Below are positions 21,701 to 33,700 of a stretch of 64,000 nt of DNA, piece by piece (positions within the stretch are counted from its first letter, which is position 1; the number at the start of each line of letters is the position of its first letter). Source of the stretch: Centroscyllium fabricii. Its lineage: Eukaryota. The stretch is taken from assembly GCA_051313645.2 (NCBI GenBank), contig JBNRSN020000002.1:268150001-268214000 (forward strand), in the 5' to 3' direction. The translations under genes were made by a program, and so were the position numbers. Under the pieces are notes generated by a model that was not told the DNA's origin, did no database searches, and saw only the letters and a program-made list of their open reading frames with translations.

Positions 21701-24700
21701 TAAACAATTTAAAGATACATTCCAAGATAATACACTACAGTAGTCTTATCCTTTATTTATTTATTTATTTGGAAAATACCACCCTGTATTCAACCTCAAA
21801 CTATTTCTACATTTGGTTAAACCCTCACCACCTCCCCACCCCCCACGCCTTTCTGATTGCCACCATCATCTTAGCTATATTTTCAGTACCAGCCTTTTTG
21901 AAGGAACTGTATCAAAGGCCTTACTGAAATCCAAGTACAGCTGTGACCCTTCATCATGAAGGTTGATTGCACCCAAAACATCACCTGTTCATTTCAGGTG
22001 CTGATTGATCTGCTGTGTTTTTCAGCATCGTCTGTTATAAATAAGTGGCAGTAATTTCTGCATCAGTTCTTCCGATGTCACGCCACAACTTGGTCGAGAG
22101 ATCTGCAGAAACCCCAGAGAAATGTCCATCTCCATCATTTCTCCGAGGTTTCCACCAAACTTCCGCTGAAGTTCACGGAAATTCTATCCCGTTATCGTTA
22201 AAAGTACAGTTCTGCCAAGCTGATGTCATCAGTGTTGTACCTGTCTTTTCTGAAAGCTTTGGCATCAGCAGATCCATTCAGCATCACCGTTACTTCTCCA
22301 TGGGACTTTTTTGCATACTGTGAAAAGCACACACAATTACTTATCTCCTGTCTAACTGATTCAGTTGAATCAAACCCACAATCATTTTTTCCGAGCAAAT
22401 AATAAAGCCCCGGTTTTACCCAGCATGACTGGCATGAATGGGTCGGGCAGGTTAAAATGGCGGTCGGCTGCTTCGTGCTCATCCGAGGTCTCTAGGACCT
22501 GGAATCCACCTTCACCTGAGCGGGCCCGCCCATGTTCCCCCATTGGTCAGTTGGGTCAACGGGTGCTGCTCCTCATTGGACCGTGGGGCTGTCACTCAAC
22601 AGCCCCCACAGTGCTTTGCGTTTTCGCGCCGTTTCTCTGAGTTCTGTGTTGTTAGTGATTGAATAAAGACGTGTTATATTCTGCTCCGCTGCTTCCCTCC
22701 ATTTATTAAGTATTTTAGAGTGGAAAACTTAGGTTTCCCACAAGCTGCACAAGGAGTCCTTGGACCTCCCCAGCACTGGCCTTGTCTCTCCCCCCCAGCG
22801 TCAGATGCTCCTTGGAAATCCCTCTCCGAGCACTAACTTATGAGGGGTACCATTACCTCGGGTCTCTGGTAGTGTTTGGCATAATTCCCACCTGCCAACC
22901 ATGGGGTCACTCCCCCCACCCCAGTTTCTGGCAGGAGACTGATCAGAACTATTCAAGTGAGGTCTAGGAGTTAAAATGGACCCCAAGCCTCACACTGAAC
23001 TCTTCACAAGGGTTTCTCTCCTGCCACGCAATCTGGCTGTACTGAACACACCCTGGGTTACAATCGGGACTTATGTTTGTTTCTACAATTCTTCAGGCCT
23101 AGGGCTTTAAATGTCACTTACTATTTTAAAATTGTTTTCTTCTCTTTAGTTCCTCCCTGCGCATTATTCTTGAAACAACAGGTGACCGATGACTTGCTTC
23201 AATGCCTATACTGATCTAACTTTAATTCTAATTTTCTTCTCTCCCCCTATAAGGACGCTGATTCAGCCTTCCAGTACTTTGTCCAGGCCGACTCATGAAG
23301 AATGGCCACTTGGATCGTGAGATAGACAAATTATAGGGACATGTACGTTGAGCCCCAATCCTGTTCACCTGACATCCACTCATGCACACTTTGCAGCAGG
23401 AGTCAGTTGGCATGATTAGAAGTGGCTGTGGTAAACCTGTATTTCACCACTGTATTGTGCCACTGTAATGGTACCATAATGCACCGCTGTACATATGTAG
23501 ATATCTGTATACAGGAGCCTGCCTCAGCTGACCCACCTCGGACTCCTCCCCTGAGTCCAGGTATATAGGTAATTGCCTACCATCCCCCGGTCAGTACAGA
23601 CCCGAGCTCAGCTGAGACACGCTCCATTCTATAGTTAATAAAAGCCTTTAGTTGAGGTAACTATTCGTCTTTGTGTCTTAATTAACGATACGTCAGTGGC
23701 AACCCAGGCTGATTAGCGTTTCCCCTCGAGTCTAGGGAGTTCCCTCACCTAGTCGACAAACTCGCTTCCTCTGCTGCTTGGAGACACCTGAGCAGATCAA
23801 AGGATTTCAGTAGAGTCAGATTAGGTGTGCAAATATACTGCTATGACACGCATTAAATGGCAGGTGTGGTACTTTCTAAACTGGAATGAAACAAGTATTG
23901 TTTATGGGTTGGAGGAGGGGGAGTTCTGGGTCTCCATGTTTATTCTACTGCCTTTGCTCTGAAGTTGCATTCTAACAGGATGATCTCAAATTTGCAGAAA
24001 AAGACAAAAGCCAATTTAGCGGTGGCTTGGTTTAGGACACTGATCCCTGTAAAGCTCACCATAAATCCAGACCCAAAACAGATTCATAGCAGAGGCATAA
24101 AAAAAATTGCCATCCAATTGTATACAATGAACAGATCTAATCAAGTAATGCACAAATTGATTCAGCAATGTCACCAAAATTAAACAGAAAGTTTTAAAAA
24201 AAAGTCATGGTTTAATTTTTCACAAAGTATTTATTTTCTCTCCATTTCTCCTCTTCAGGGCTCTCTGAGTCACACAGCATTCCTCAGCTGAGAGGAAGGT
24301 GACAGGCTCCCAATCCTCGCTGATGCCACACCATGATCAGCTATTAGCTGGGTGCATGAGCGTCACTCCATGGTGATGGTCCTTTTGGTTTTCCCTCCTT
24401 TGCTGTAGGTGGGCTTTGTCTCGACACAAGACCACAGTGGCACAGGTGAAAGACTGGGCTTAATATGTGGGTATTTGAGGATGTAAATTGGCATCGGCAC
24501 TGAGGCACAGAGTACTGAATCTTCAACTAAATGCTGCTGCTCCAATATTACTGCACCACACTAACACATTGGCCCATCAGAATTGTTTCAGAGAAAGAAG
24601 CACTTACATTTTCAGATGCCGCTTTCCAAAATGATCTCATTGAATTGTTTTCACAATCGTCGTATTTGGGACATGCTTCAAAATTAGGTCCTGCAACAAA

Positions 24701-27700
24701 TTAATAATTTACAATTCAAATGTTAATGTCCCAGGCTCTATCTGCAAGGTACAGGAGTTGGTTGTTTAATATTATACAGGAAAATAAACTTGTATAACAT
24801 TAAGTACTGAGCAACCTTTCTTATAAACAGTGAACTGTAAACACACCATGGGCTGCATTTGAACTATTTTATGTGGATCTCTTTTGTTATTTTAAGTTTC
24901 CTAAAAAATGCTAATTTTAGTGTATGGATTTCACTGTTACAATAGAAGGAGCTTAAGGGCGCGAACTTTGTGAGCGCATGGATTGGGCGCTAAATTTGGC
25001 GATGTGCTAAAATTTAGTGCCACCGCTAAATTAGCGCAGAGGCAGCCGATATTGGCGCTAGCAGTGGCCTTGCAGATTTTGGTGCGAATTCACGCCTTGC
25101 ACGGCTTCCAGGCGGCCAATATATTGCCGCTAATGGCCGTTCCCGGGCGCAGCGCTCCCTCACTAACTGCTTGCTTCCCAATGGCCTCTGCAGCCGATTA
25201 GGCCTTAAAGGGGAAGCAGAGCAGCCTCTTTCCCTCCCCGTTCTCTAATCATCTGCCAACCGTGGGCCATCAGCAGCCGCGGCCATCCCTTCCCCCCTCC
25301 CCGATCTCCGATCAGCAGTCGCGGCCATCCCTTCCCCCCTCCCCGATTAGCATCCGATCTCCTCCACCCCCCTCCCCGCTCTCTGACCAACTGGCCCATT
25401 GGGACGTCTCCCCCGCTCTCTGAGCAACTGGCCAATCTCGGGCCGAAGAGGGAGGGTGGCCCTTTTAGCAGCGCTGCAGCGGCCACTCAAACCCGCTGCA
25501 GCGCTTGCAAAAGCTGCTGCTGATAGCGCGGGGGGCGGTTGAAAGGCACGGGGGGCGGTGGAAAGGCGCTAAGCCCAATATCGGGCGCAGCCCTCCGGTC
25601 GGACGTTGCACACGCATTGTCACGACGATCGTGATCGCCAGGCAGCGCAGCGCTAATGTTTAGCGCCGACGCTAACCACTAGGCCAATTTAGCACCCGGC
25701 GCTAATTTCGCCGCTACGTCGGCGCTGGCCCATTAGCACCGATTTTTGGCGCTAATGGGCCAGCGCTAAGGCGCATATTTCGCAGCCTAAGTCATGAGCG
25801 AGAGGCATATTATGGGCTGGATGCTTGCTTTTAAAATTTATGCTCATTTTAACCTTTTCATCCAAAAGGCTGGAGTAACTGCCAGCAAGGAGCGCTGAGG
25901 ATGGGTTTACTCAGCATCCCATACATTCATCACACCTGGTTGAAATACAATGTTTTGAAAATGACTTCTTATTTCTGACTCTGACTAAAATTAGCAAAGA
26001 CATATTCTGATATATTTAAAAAGCACTATTGAAAATTTTAGGAACCATAATTTTTTAAAGCAAAGAATGAATCAGTTTGTGCTTACGTTTCACCAAATGA
26101 TTCATTATAAACTACAATTTTTTCACTTCTCCACTTAAGAGCTGTCATTACAGCACTAGGGCTTGATTTGTGGGGGATTTTTGCAGTACCTGAGCAAGAA
26201 CATTGCTGGTCATCAAAAAAAAATCAATGAAATGATTCAACATGGTGACCCAAACATAAATACGGATGAATTCACAGATCCTTTGCTTCCAATAGGGAGC
26301 TCCACTTGAAAGGAACACAGATGGAGCGCCACATATTCTTTGAATGCGACTCTCCTTTGTCCCACCGATAACCCAGATTTGATGCCCTGATTGGTGCTGA
26401 ATTATCTGATCTTGTTTGTGATAGTGGTGGAGACATGACAACTGCTCTCAGAGTTGTACTCGAAGGTCAGTTACATACAGGCTCTTTGGGGGTGGAATAT
26501 AATCTCTGAGGCCTGAGTTTGAACTGTTTAAACTCAAGGGGCGATTTCACACTCCTGCAGCCCCAGCAGGGAGTTGTGCTCATGTGGAGCATATTGTAGA
26601 CCAGTTTCCATGTATTAAAATGAATGGATGGAAAATCACAGGCTGTGATCCGATGATGCACTGTCTGGGAATGCCACTTCTTGCTGGAAGGGCAAGAGTG
26701 TGGAATCGGCCCATCGGTTCCCAGTGGACACAGGTTTGTGACAAAAATAGGAGGCTTTGTGTACTGCACAGAACTGAATGACCCAATGGAAGCTGATACG
26801 TACCATAAGTTCTGCAATGAGGAGATCTTTGAGAAACATAGAAGATAGGAGCAGGAGTAGGCCATTCGGCCCCTCGAGCCTGCTCCGCCATTTAATGAGA
26901 TCCTGGCTGATCATCCAAATTCAGTACCCTGTCCCTGCCTTGTCCCCATATCCCTCGATCCCTATCGAGTCTGCACCGACACATATCCCACCCTATCCCC
27001 GTAACCCCACATATTCAATCCCCCTAACACTAAGGGTCAATGTCTCTCTCCACGGATGTTGCCCGGCCTGCTGAGTTTTTCTGGCATTTTCTGTTGTTAT
27101 TTTGGATTTCCAGTATCTGCAGTATTTTGCTATCCCCCAGAACCCATTCCAATGTCCCAGGAATTTGAATCCCTCCCCCTTGCACCATTCCTCTAGCCAC
27201 GTATTCATCTGAAATATCCTTCTATTTCTACTCTCACTAGCACATGGCACTGGTAGCAATCCTGAGATGACTACCTTTGAGGTCCTATTTTTTAATTTAA
27301 TAAGAGGAACTCTCGGCTGGTCACAAGAATTCGATTCCGATCCAGGCAGGAGCCAGGCAGCATAAACAAGGTATTGCTTGACTGGAACAGGTCATGTCGA
27401 TGATCATTCCAAGAATACAATTTTAAACATAAGCACTTAATGGGCCAGAAATTTGGGTGCCTCGCAGCAGTTGCCCACGCACGGAGGGGGGCCAATATGC
27501 CCCGTGCGATGAACACACGGGGGATGCCCACGGATCGGAGCTTTCCGATGCTGAGGGAGAAGGGCCCTCAGCATCAAACGCAGGACTGAGTTGCACCCAA
27601 AAATTCAGATGGAAATCGGTGATTTTTGGTGAGTGATTCTGTGGGCAACGGGCCCACAAGCTGCATGGGAGAAAACCAGTAGTAAGTCGTGCGTGAGGGA

Positions 27701-30700
27701 GAGCAAAACGTTCTTAAACAAGGTAAGTTACTTTTTTACCTTTAATTTTAAGTTTTAACAGTTTTTGGGAGTAATGTGGCCAGATCGGTATCATTAAATT
27801 TGGATGTTAACGTTTTTTACAAATCCGATTTTCAATTGCTATACCTATTCCAAATCGCTAATTTTTTAATTTAAAGTTCTGAAATTTTTAACTAATTTAG
27901 TTAAGTTAAAAAACTAAGAGAAAAAATCGCTGACTTACCTTCAGTGAAAAGCTGGTCTGGCCGCGCTGCTCACTGCCGAGTCTGTGAGTGCAGCGCCTCA
28001 CATCCCTGCTCTCTAAAAGGTCCGACTGTGGGCGTTTTTGTATTTAAATTGGTGATCTGTGGGCGTTTTTTAATTTAAATTTGTGATCTGTGGGCGGGGC
28101 ATCACTGTTGCCCACGCACGACGGCAGCGCATCGACTGAGCTCCTAGCGTGGCTGGACTGCCACGTTGCACAGGAACAGGGCGGAGCCGAGCCGAAAGTC
28201 TGGGAGTAAAAAATGTGAGATGTTGGTGCGGTTCGAAAGGTGTCCGCAGGGTCCTAGTTCCGCACCAACCGGCAAACCCGAATTTCTGGCCCATTAACAA
28301 ACCAAATTCTCAAAAACACCGCTGCTAAGGGGCCCATGAATTTATTATTCTTGAATTACAAGAAAAAAGGTATTGATGGTAATTCAATACTTTCTGCCAT
28401 AAAAAATGACATCACTCACCTGGGATGGAGAGTTTCCCACACCAATTCAGGCCATTTATCATATAACCAATCAAAGTGCTCTCGAGAGGCATAACCTTCT
28501 CTGTGACGTCGGTGTACTGAAGGATGAGTACTTTAGTCTGGCTCCAGAAGATTGACTAAGAAATATGAACAATCTCAGCAATGAAATGTTAGTGGAACAC
28601 AAGGAAAATAACATTTAAATTTAAAAGTACTTCAGGGTTGCACTATTGGATCATCTTACTCTGGAGTTTTCTTTATTTTCTTTTAATATGGCTGTTAATT
28701 TAAGAATCAGTGGATAGATATTTTATGAAGTTTACTGCAGATCAATGACTGATCTATTGGTTGGGAGCTGCCATTTATTCCTATTCAAGGATGCTGAGAG
28801 GTGACTCTTAGCCTGCCGTATCACTCAGCAATTTACAAAGAGCCACAACTAGATGTTTCTGGCAGGACAGATTTAAAAACATCATAACTTCAGATGTAGT
28901 GAAAATTATTTTTAAGGAAACCCCAGGGTGTATAATAGAATGCATGGGATAGATTTTGACATAGTGCGATAGTGTAAAATGGGTGATAGTGAATCGGCTG
29001 CCCATTTTAAATCTCCCAATTTTTATTTCCACTGACTCCAATGGAAATAAAAAATCAGGAGAGATGTAAACCTGACTGCCGATTCGCTATCACCCATTTT
29101 AGACTATCGCACAAGGTCAAATTCTACTCCTTTCAATTTTGCAATCTGCACTGGTATTTATCTCCACATGAGCAAACTAGTCTAATCGTCCCTCTCCTGA
29201 TCGCACCGTATATCCTTTAGTATTCCTCTTCTTCAAGCAACTATCTAAATATCTTTTTAAAATAATTTATGGACTTTGCTTCAACATTAGTTTGTGGCAG
29301 GCCATTCCACATTCTAAACATCCGCTGTGTAAAGAAATGCACCTGGCTGTTCCATGTGGGCTCTCCTGATCTCCCGCCATAACTTAGGCAGATGAAGTAG
29401 AAATGGTGGAAATTCTATCTAAGGTTTTCGAGCTTGCCCTTTATTTCTTTTTGTGGTTGTCTTAAATTTGAGCCCTCTGGTTACAGTTTTGACAACTATT
29501 GGAAGCAATTTATCTAATCTTGAAGACAGGTCTACCAAATACATTCCAGTAATGCAATATGAATGTCAATCTTTTAAGTCTTTTTTAATGACTGGTTATT
29601 AAAATGAATCTCCTATTCCTTGTTTATTTTATCTCAGGATGTGGGCAGCACTGGTAAAGCTGCATATATTGCCCATTCCTATTTGCCCCAGCAACTGAGT
29701 GGTTTAAGAGTCTAGTGGCACTAGATTCACATGCAGGGTAAGGGAGGCAGGTTCTCGTCCCTGAAGGACTTTAGTGAAACAGTTGTGTTTTTACGACAGT
29801 CTGGCAGCTTTCATGACAATTTTCTTCTGGTGCCAGCCCATAAATTAACAGATTTATTGAATTAAATGTCATAACTTGTCATGGTGGGATTTAAGCTCAC
29901 AACCTCTGGCTGCTAGTTGAGGACCATTCATACTACACTATCGAACCTCATTTCCATCCAAATTCAATGATTTATCCTTGACACATGGTATAACACAGAA
30001 GTGAAGTTGCAATGTCATTCTATATTTTAGTCTGGACTATCATGACAGACTCCTGAAGTGCCTTTTTCCTCACCTGGTTAGCTGGGATGTCATGATCTGC
30101 CAGATCCAGAAATGGTTTATAATCCTCTTTTGTGATTTTGCATGGGTCCTTTGAACTAAATGCACGCAGAAATGCTTCCCAGATCTTTGAACAGTCTTTG
30201 TTTCTGACAAAAAAGAAACAAACACTAAATATGCTGTACGAATGGAGTAATGCATTGTCATTGTTGCTAAGAAATATTGGTGCTGAAAATCCATGCTTGT
30301 TCTGGTATACTTGCAGCTAAAGAAAGAACTTTCAGTTATGTAGTGACTTTCAGAATGTTCCAAAGCACTTTACAACAAATAAAGATTTTTTTAAACTTGT
30401 AATATAGGGAAATGTGGCATCCAATTTGCACACAGCAAGGTCCCAGAAATAGCAATAAGAAAAATGACCCGATAATTTGTTTTTAATGATGTTGGTTGAG
30501 GGATAATATGGGCCAGAACTCCCCCTTCTTCAAATATTATTGTTAAATAGTTATGTTGGGACTACATTGTACAAGTGTACTAACACTCAAATCAAGTGTA
30601 GCAGCACTACGATGCTGGGAAAGTAGTGTGCAGGCGCTGCACAGTGGCACTCTGGAGTATCACCCTGCACCATGCGGCAGGCAGCCATTACAACCCAAAT

Positions 30701-33700
30701 AAAACAGTAGTTTATAATTACAAACTACCGAGTCCATAGTCATCTTTACAAATTACTATGAGCACTGGGAGACATAACATGGTGGCAGCAGTATAAGTGA
30801 GTAAACCTTAGGGGCCCTTCACAATTGTCAACATTTTCACGAGCGTACAAACCGTACGCTGGGGGGGAGGGGGTCCGACTTGTCCGTACGCTTTTTTTTC
30901 GTTTAAATGTCGATTTTTTAAAATTTTTTTTTTGGTTCCGGTTCCGGTTCTGGCAGGACGGCCGCCATCGGGCGGCTGTACCTCGACTCCTCTTCGTGGA
31001 GTCAATCCGTTCTGGTCGACCGCCATTTGACGTCGGCGGCGCCGGGTGAGAGCCGGTGAGATGCGGGGCACAGTTCAGCCCCAGGACGCCGCATCAGTTC
31101 GGCCTCGGTCCAGAGTTCGGACCTCCGGGGTGTCGGGACGGCCTTGGCTTGGCGTTCCGGGGAGCCTGCGTCGAGCGCTGGAGCTCCGGGGAGCCTGCGT
31201 TGAGCGCTGAAGTTCGGAGCTCAGGGGAGCTGGGATGGGGCACTCGGAGAGGGCTAGGCTTCAGGCCTCAGGACGCTGTGCCCGGAGTTCGGAGCTCCGT
31301 GGATTCGGGGAGTCGGGCTGAGAGTGGCCACGGAAGGAACAGTGGCAGAGCGAATTGACTGGGCGAGAGAGGACAATTTTACCAACGGTTGAGTGGCCAG
31401 AGCAGGAACGGGATCCACGATGATGGCGCCGAAGGATGGCTGACATCTTGCGGGCTCGTTCGCGCCGGGCAGCTTAATTGTTGCGCGGTTGTTGTTGTTG
31501 TTGCACGGTGTGTCGGGTAGCAGTAAGCATTTCGTTGTATGGTGTTTGTTCACTGTACAATGACAAATAAAATTGAACTTGATTGAAATTCCGCCGGTTT
31601 GAGAAGTGAAAAAAACAGGTTTAAAGGTAATTAAAAAAAAATTCCTTTGGAGATATTTGTTTGTGGTCTTACAGGTTGTAAATGTGAAGGTTTTTATATA
31701 TTTTGGTGATAGTGAAAAAAATCGGCAATTTGAACGCGATGTCGAGAGCTGCGAGAGCTCTGAGAGCTGGAGAGATCGCGTTCAAATCCCCGATTTTTTT
31801 CACTATCACCAAAATATATAGGGAGGAAAAAGGAGGAAGACATAAAGCAGGAATTTAAGGAACTAGGAAGGAAACTGAGAGACAAAACGAATAATGCCAC
31901 GATTTCTGGGATCCTATCAGTGCCACGGGATAGGGAGTGGAAAAACAAAAAAAGAATGAGAATAAACGCGTGGCTACAGGATTGGTGCAGAAGGGAGGGC
32001 ATGAGTTTCATGGACAATTGGGGATCGTTCTGGGGAAGGTGGGATCTGTATGACCGGGACGGCTTGCACCTGAACCGAAGGGGCATCAACATTCTGGGTG
32101 GGAAACTCGCCCATAGAGCTTTACAGCACAGAAAGAGACCCTTCGGCCCATCATGTCCACGCCGGCCATCAAGCCCTTTCTATTCTAATCCCATTTTCCA
32201 GCACTTGGTCCGTAGCCTTGTATGCTATGACATCTCAAGTGCTCATCCAAATGCGGTCGGGCTGCGCCTTCGGCCTTGCTGCCGCGGTTGAGGTTTGTCC
32301 TCCCGGAGGAGCCGGGCCAGGGCCGGAGATGGGGATTGCTGTGCGGCTGGTCAGTCAGTGTGTTTACTGTCATCTTGTGCTGATTTTTACAGATCTGAAG
32401 TTCCATCAACACACAAGGCCGCCGGCCCCCCGGCCCATGACCGCAGACAGTGACTCTGAGTAACGAGGATCTCCCTGATGAGTCTGCAGTCACTCTGGTT
32501 CCTTTCTAAACCTCCCTGTGCTAATTAAATTCAATGGATGATGTTGGAAAAAATCAACATTTTTGGTGTACACTTCCAGGGGGGGGGGAAGAGGGGGTAG
32601 CAAAAAAGAGTACTCTTTGTACACTTGTGAAAATGTTGACAATTGTGAAGGGCCCCTTACACAAAAACGATATCAGATTGAAGAAAGAAATTTAAAAGTA
32701 AACTCTGCAGCGTTTTAACCACGAATCGTACGTGCAGCTAAAATGGCGGCGTCCAATGCACTGACCGCGAATATGCTCCCCATCATGAATTGGGAAGCCG
32801 ACGATATCGTAGAAGCTTTCCAGAAATTTAAGCAAAAATGTGAGCTTACATTTAAAAGTTTCCCAAAAGGCTCCTCTGATGAAGAAAAAGTCGGCTACAT
32901 TCTACTGTGGGCGGGAGAAAAAGGCTTAGATCCCTATACCAGCTGGAGTTTATCTGAAGAGGATAAAACAAACCCTACGGAGATTTCCGAACAGTTCAGT
33001 AACCATCTCAAGCCTAAATCAAACCACCGCATACACAGGTATAAATTCCAAAACTTAAGACAGGAACCTGGTGAAACGGCTGACAATTTCCCGAAGAGAT
33101 TAAAAAACGAAGCCAGCAAATGCAAGTTTACGGAACTATAAGAAAGGCTGGTAGACCAATTAATATGGGGATCAGCACATACAGAAGTGCAAAAAGAACT
33201 AATAGGAAAAGAAAATCTCAGAATATCAGAAGCCATAGACACAGCGAGGGCTCACAAAGCCACAAAACAACAGATGAAAATGCTGAATACTCATACGGCT
33301 GACGTGCGGACAACTCCCCAACCTGATCACAGAGTTGATGTGATGCACAATCAATTACCACGAGTCGACGAAGTAAAGTAACTGAGGCTTTTATTAGCAA
33401 AGAACTGGAGTACAGGTCTTGTCACTATCAGGTCCTGGAATGCCACGAGGTCAGCAGGGCTGCCACCTTTATACCACAGTCTGTGGGTGGAGCCTGGAGG
33501 TGGAGCCGGCTGAGGCATCCCAGGTAGATCTCAGGTGGGCAAGGGGCAACTATGTACAATACAGAGCATATATACAATACAGCAGTATTAGTGGTAAACG
33601 GTTTACCACATTCACCCCTCGTTTAAGCGGTTCTGCCGGGGGCAGAATAGGAAAGTCTCTCGGGGGTCTGGTCTCCCTTTGTGATCGTCGCAGCTCCGGC

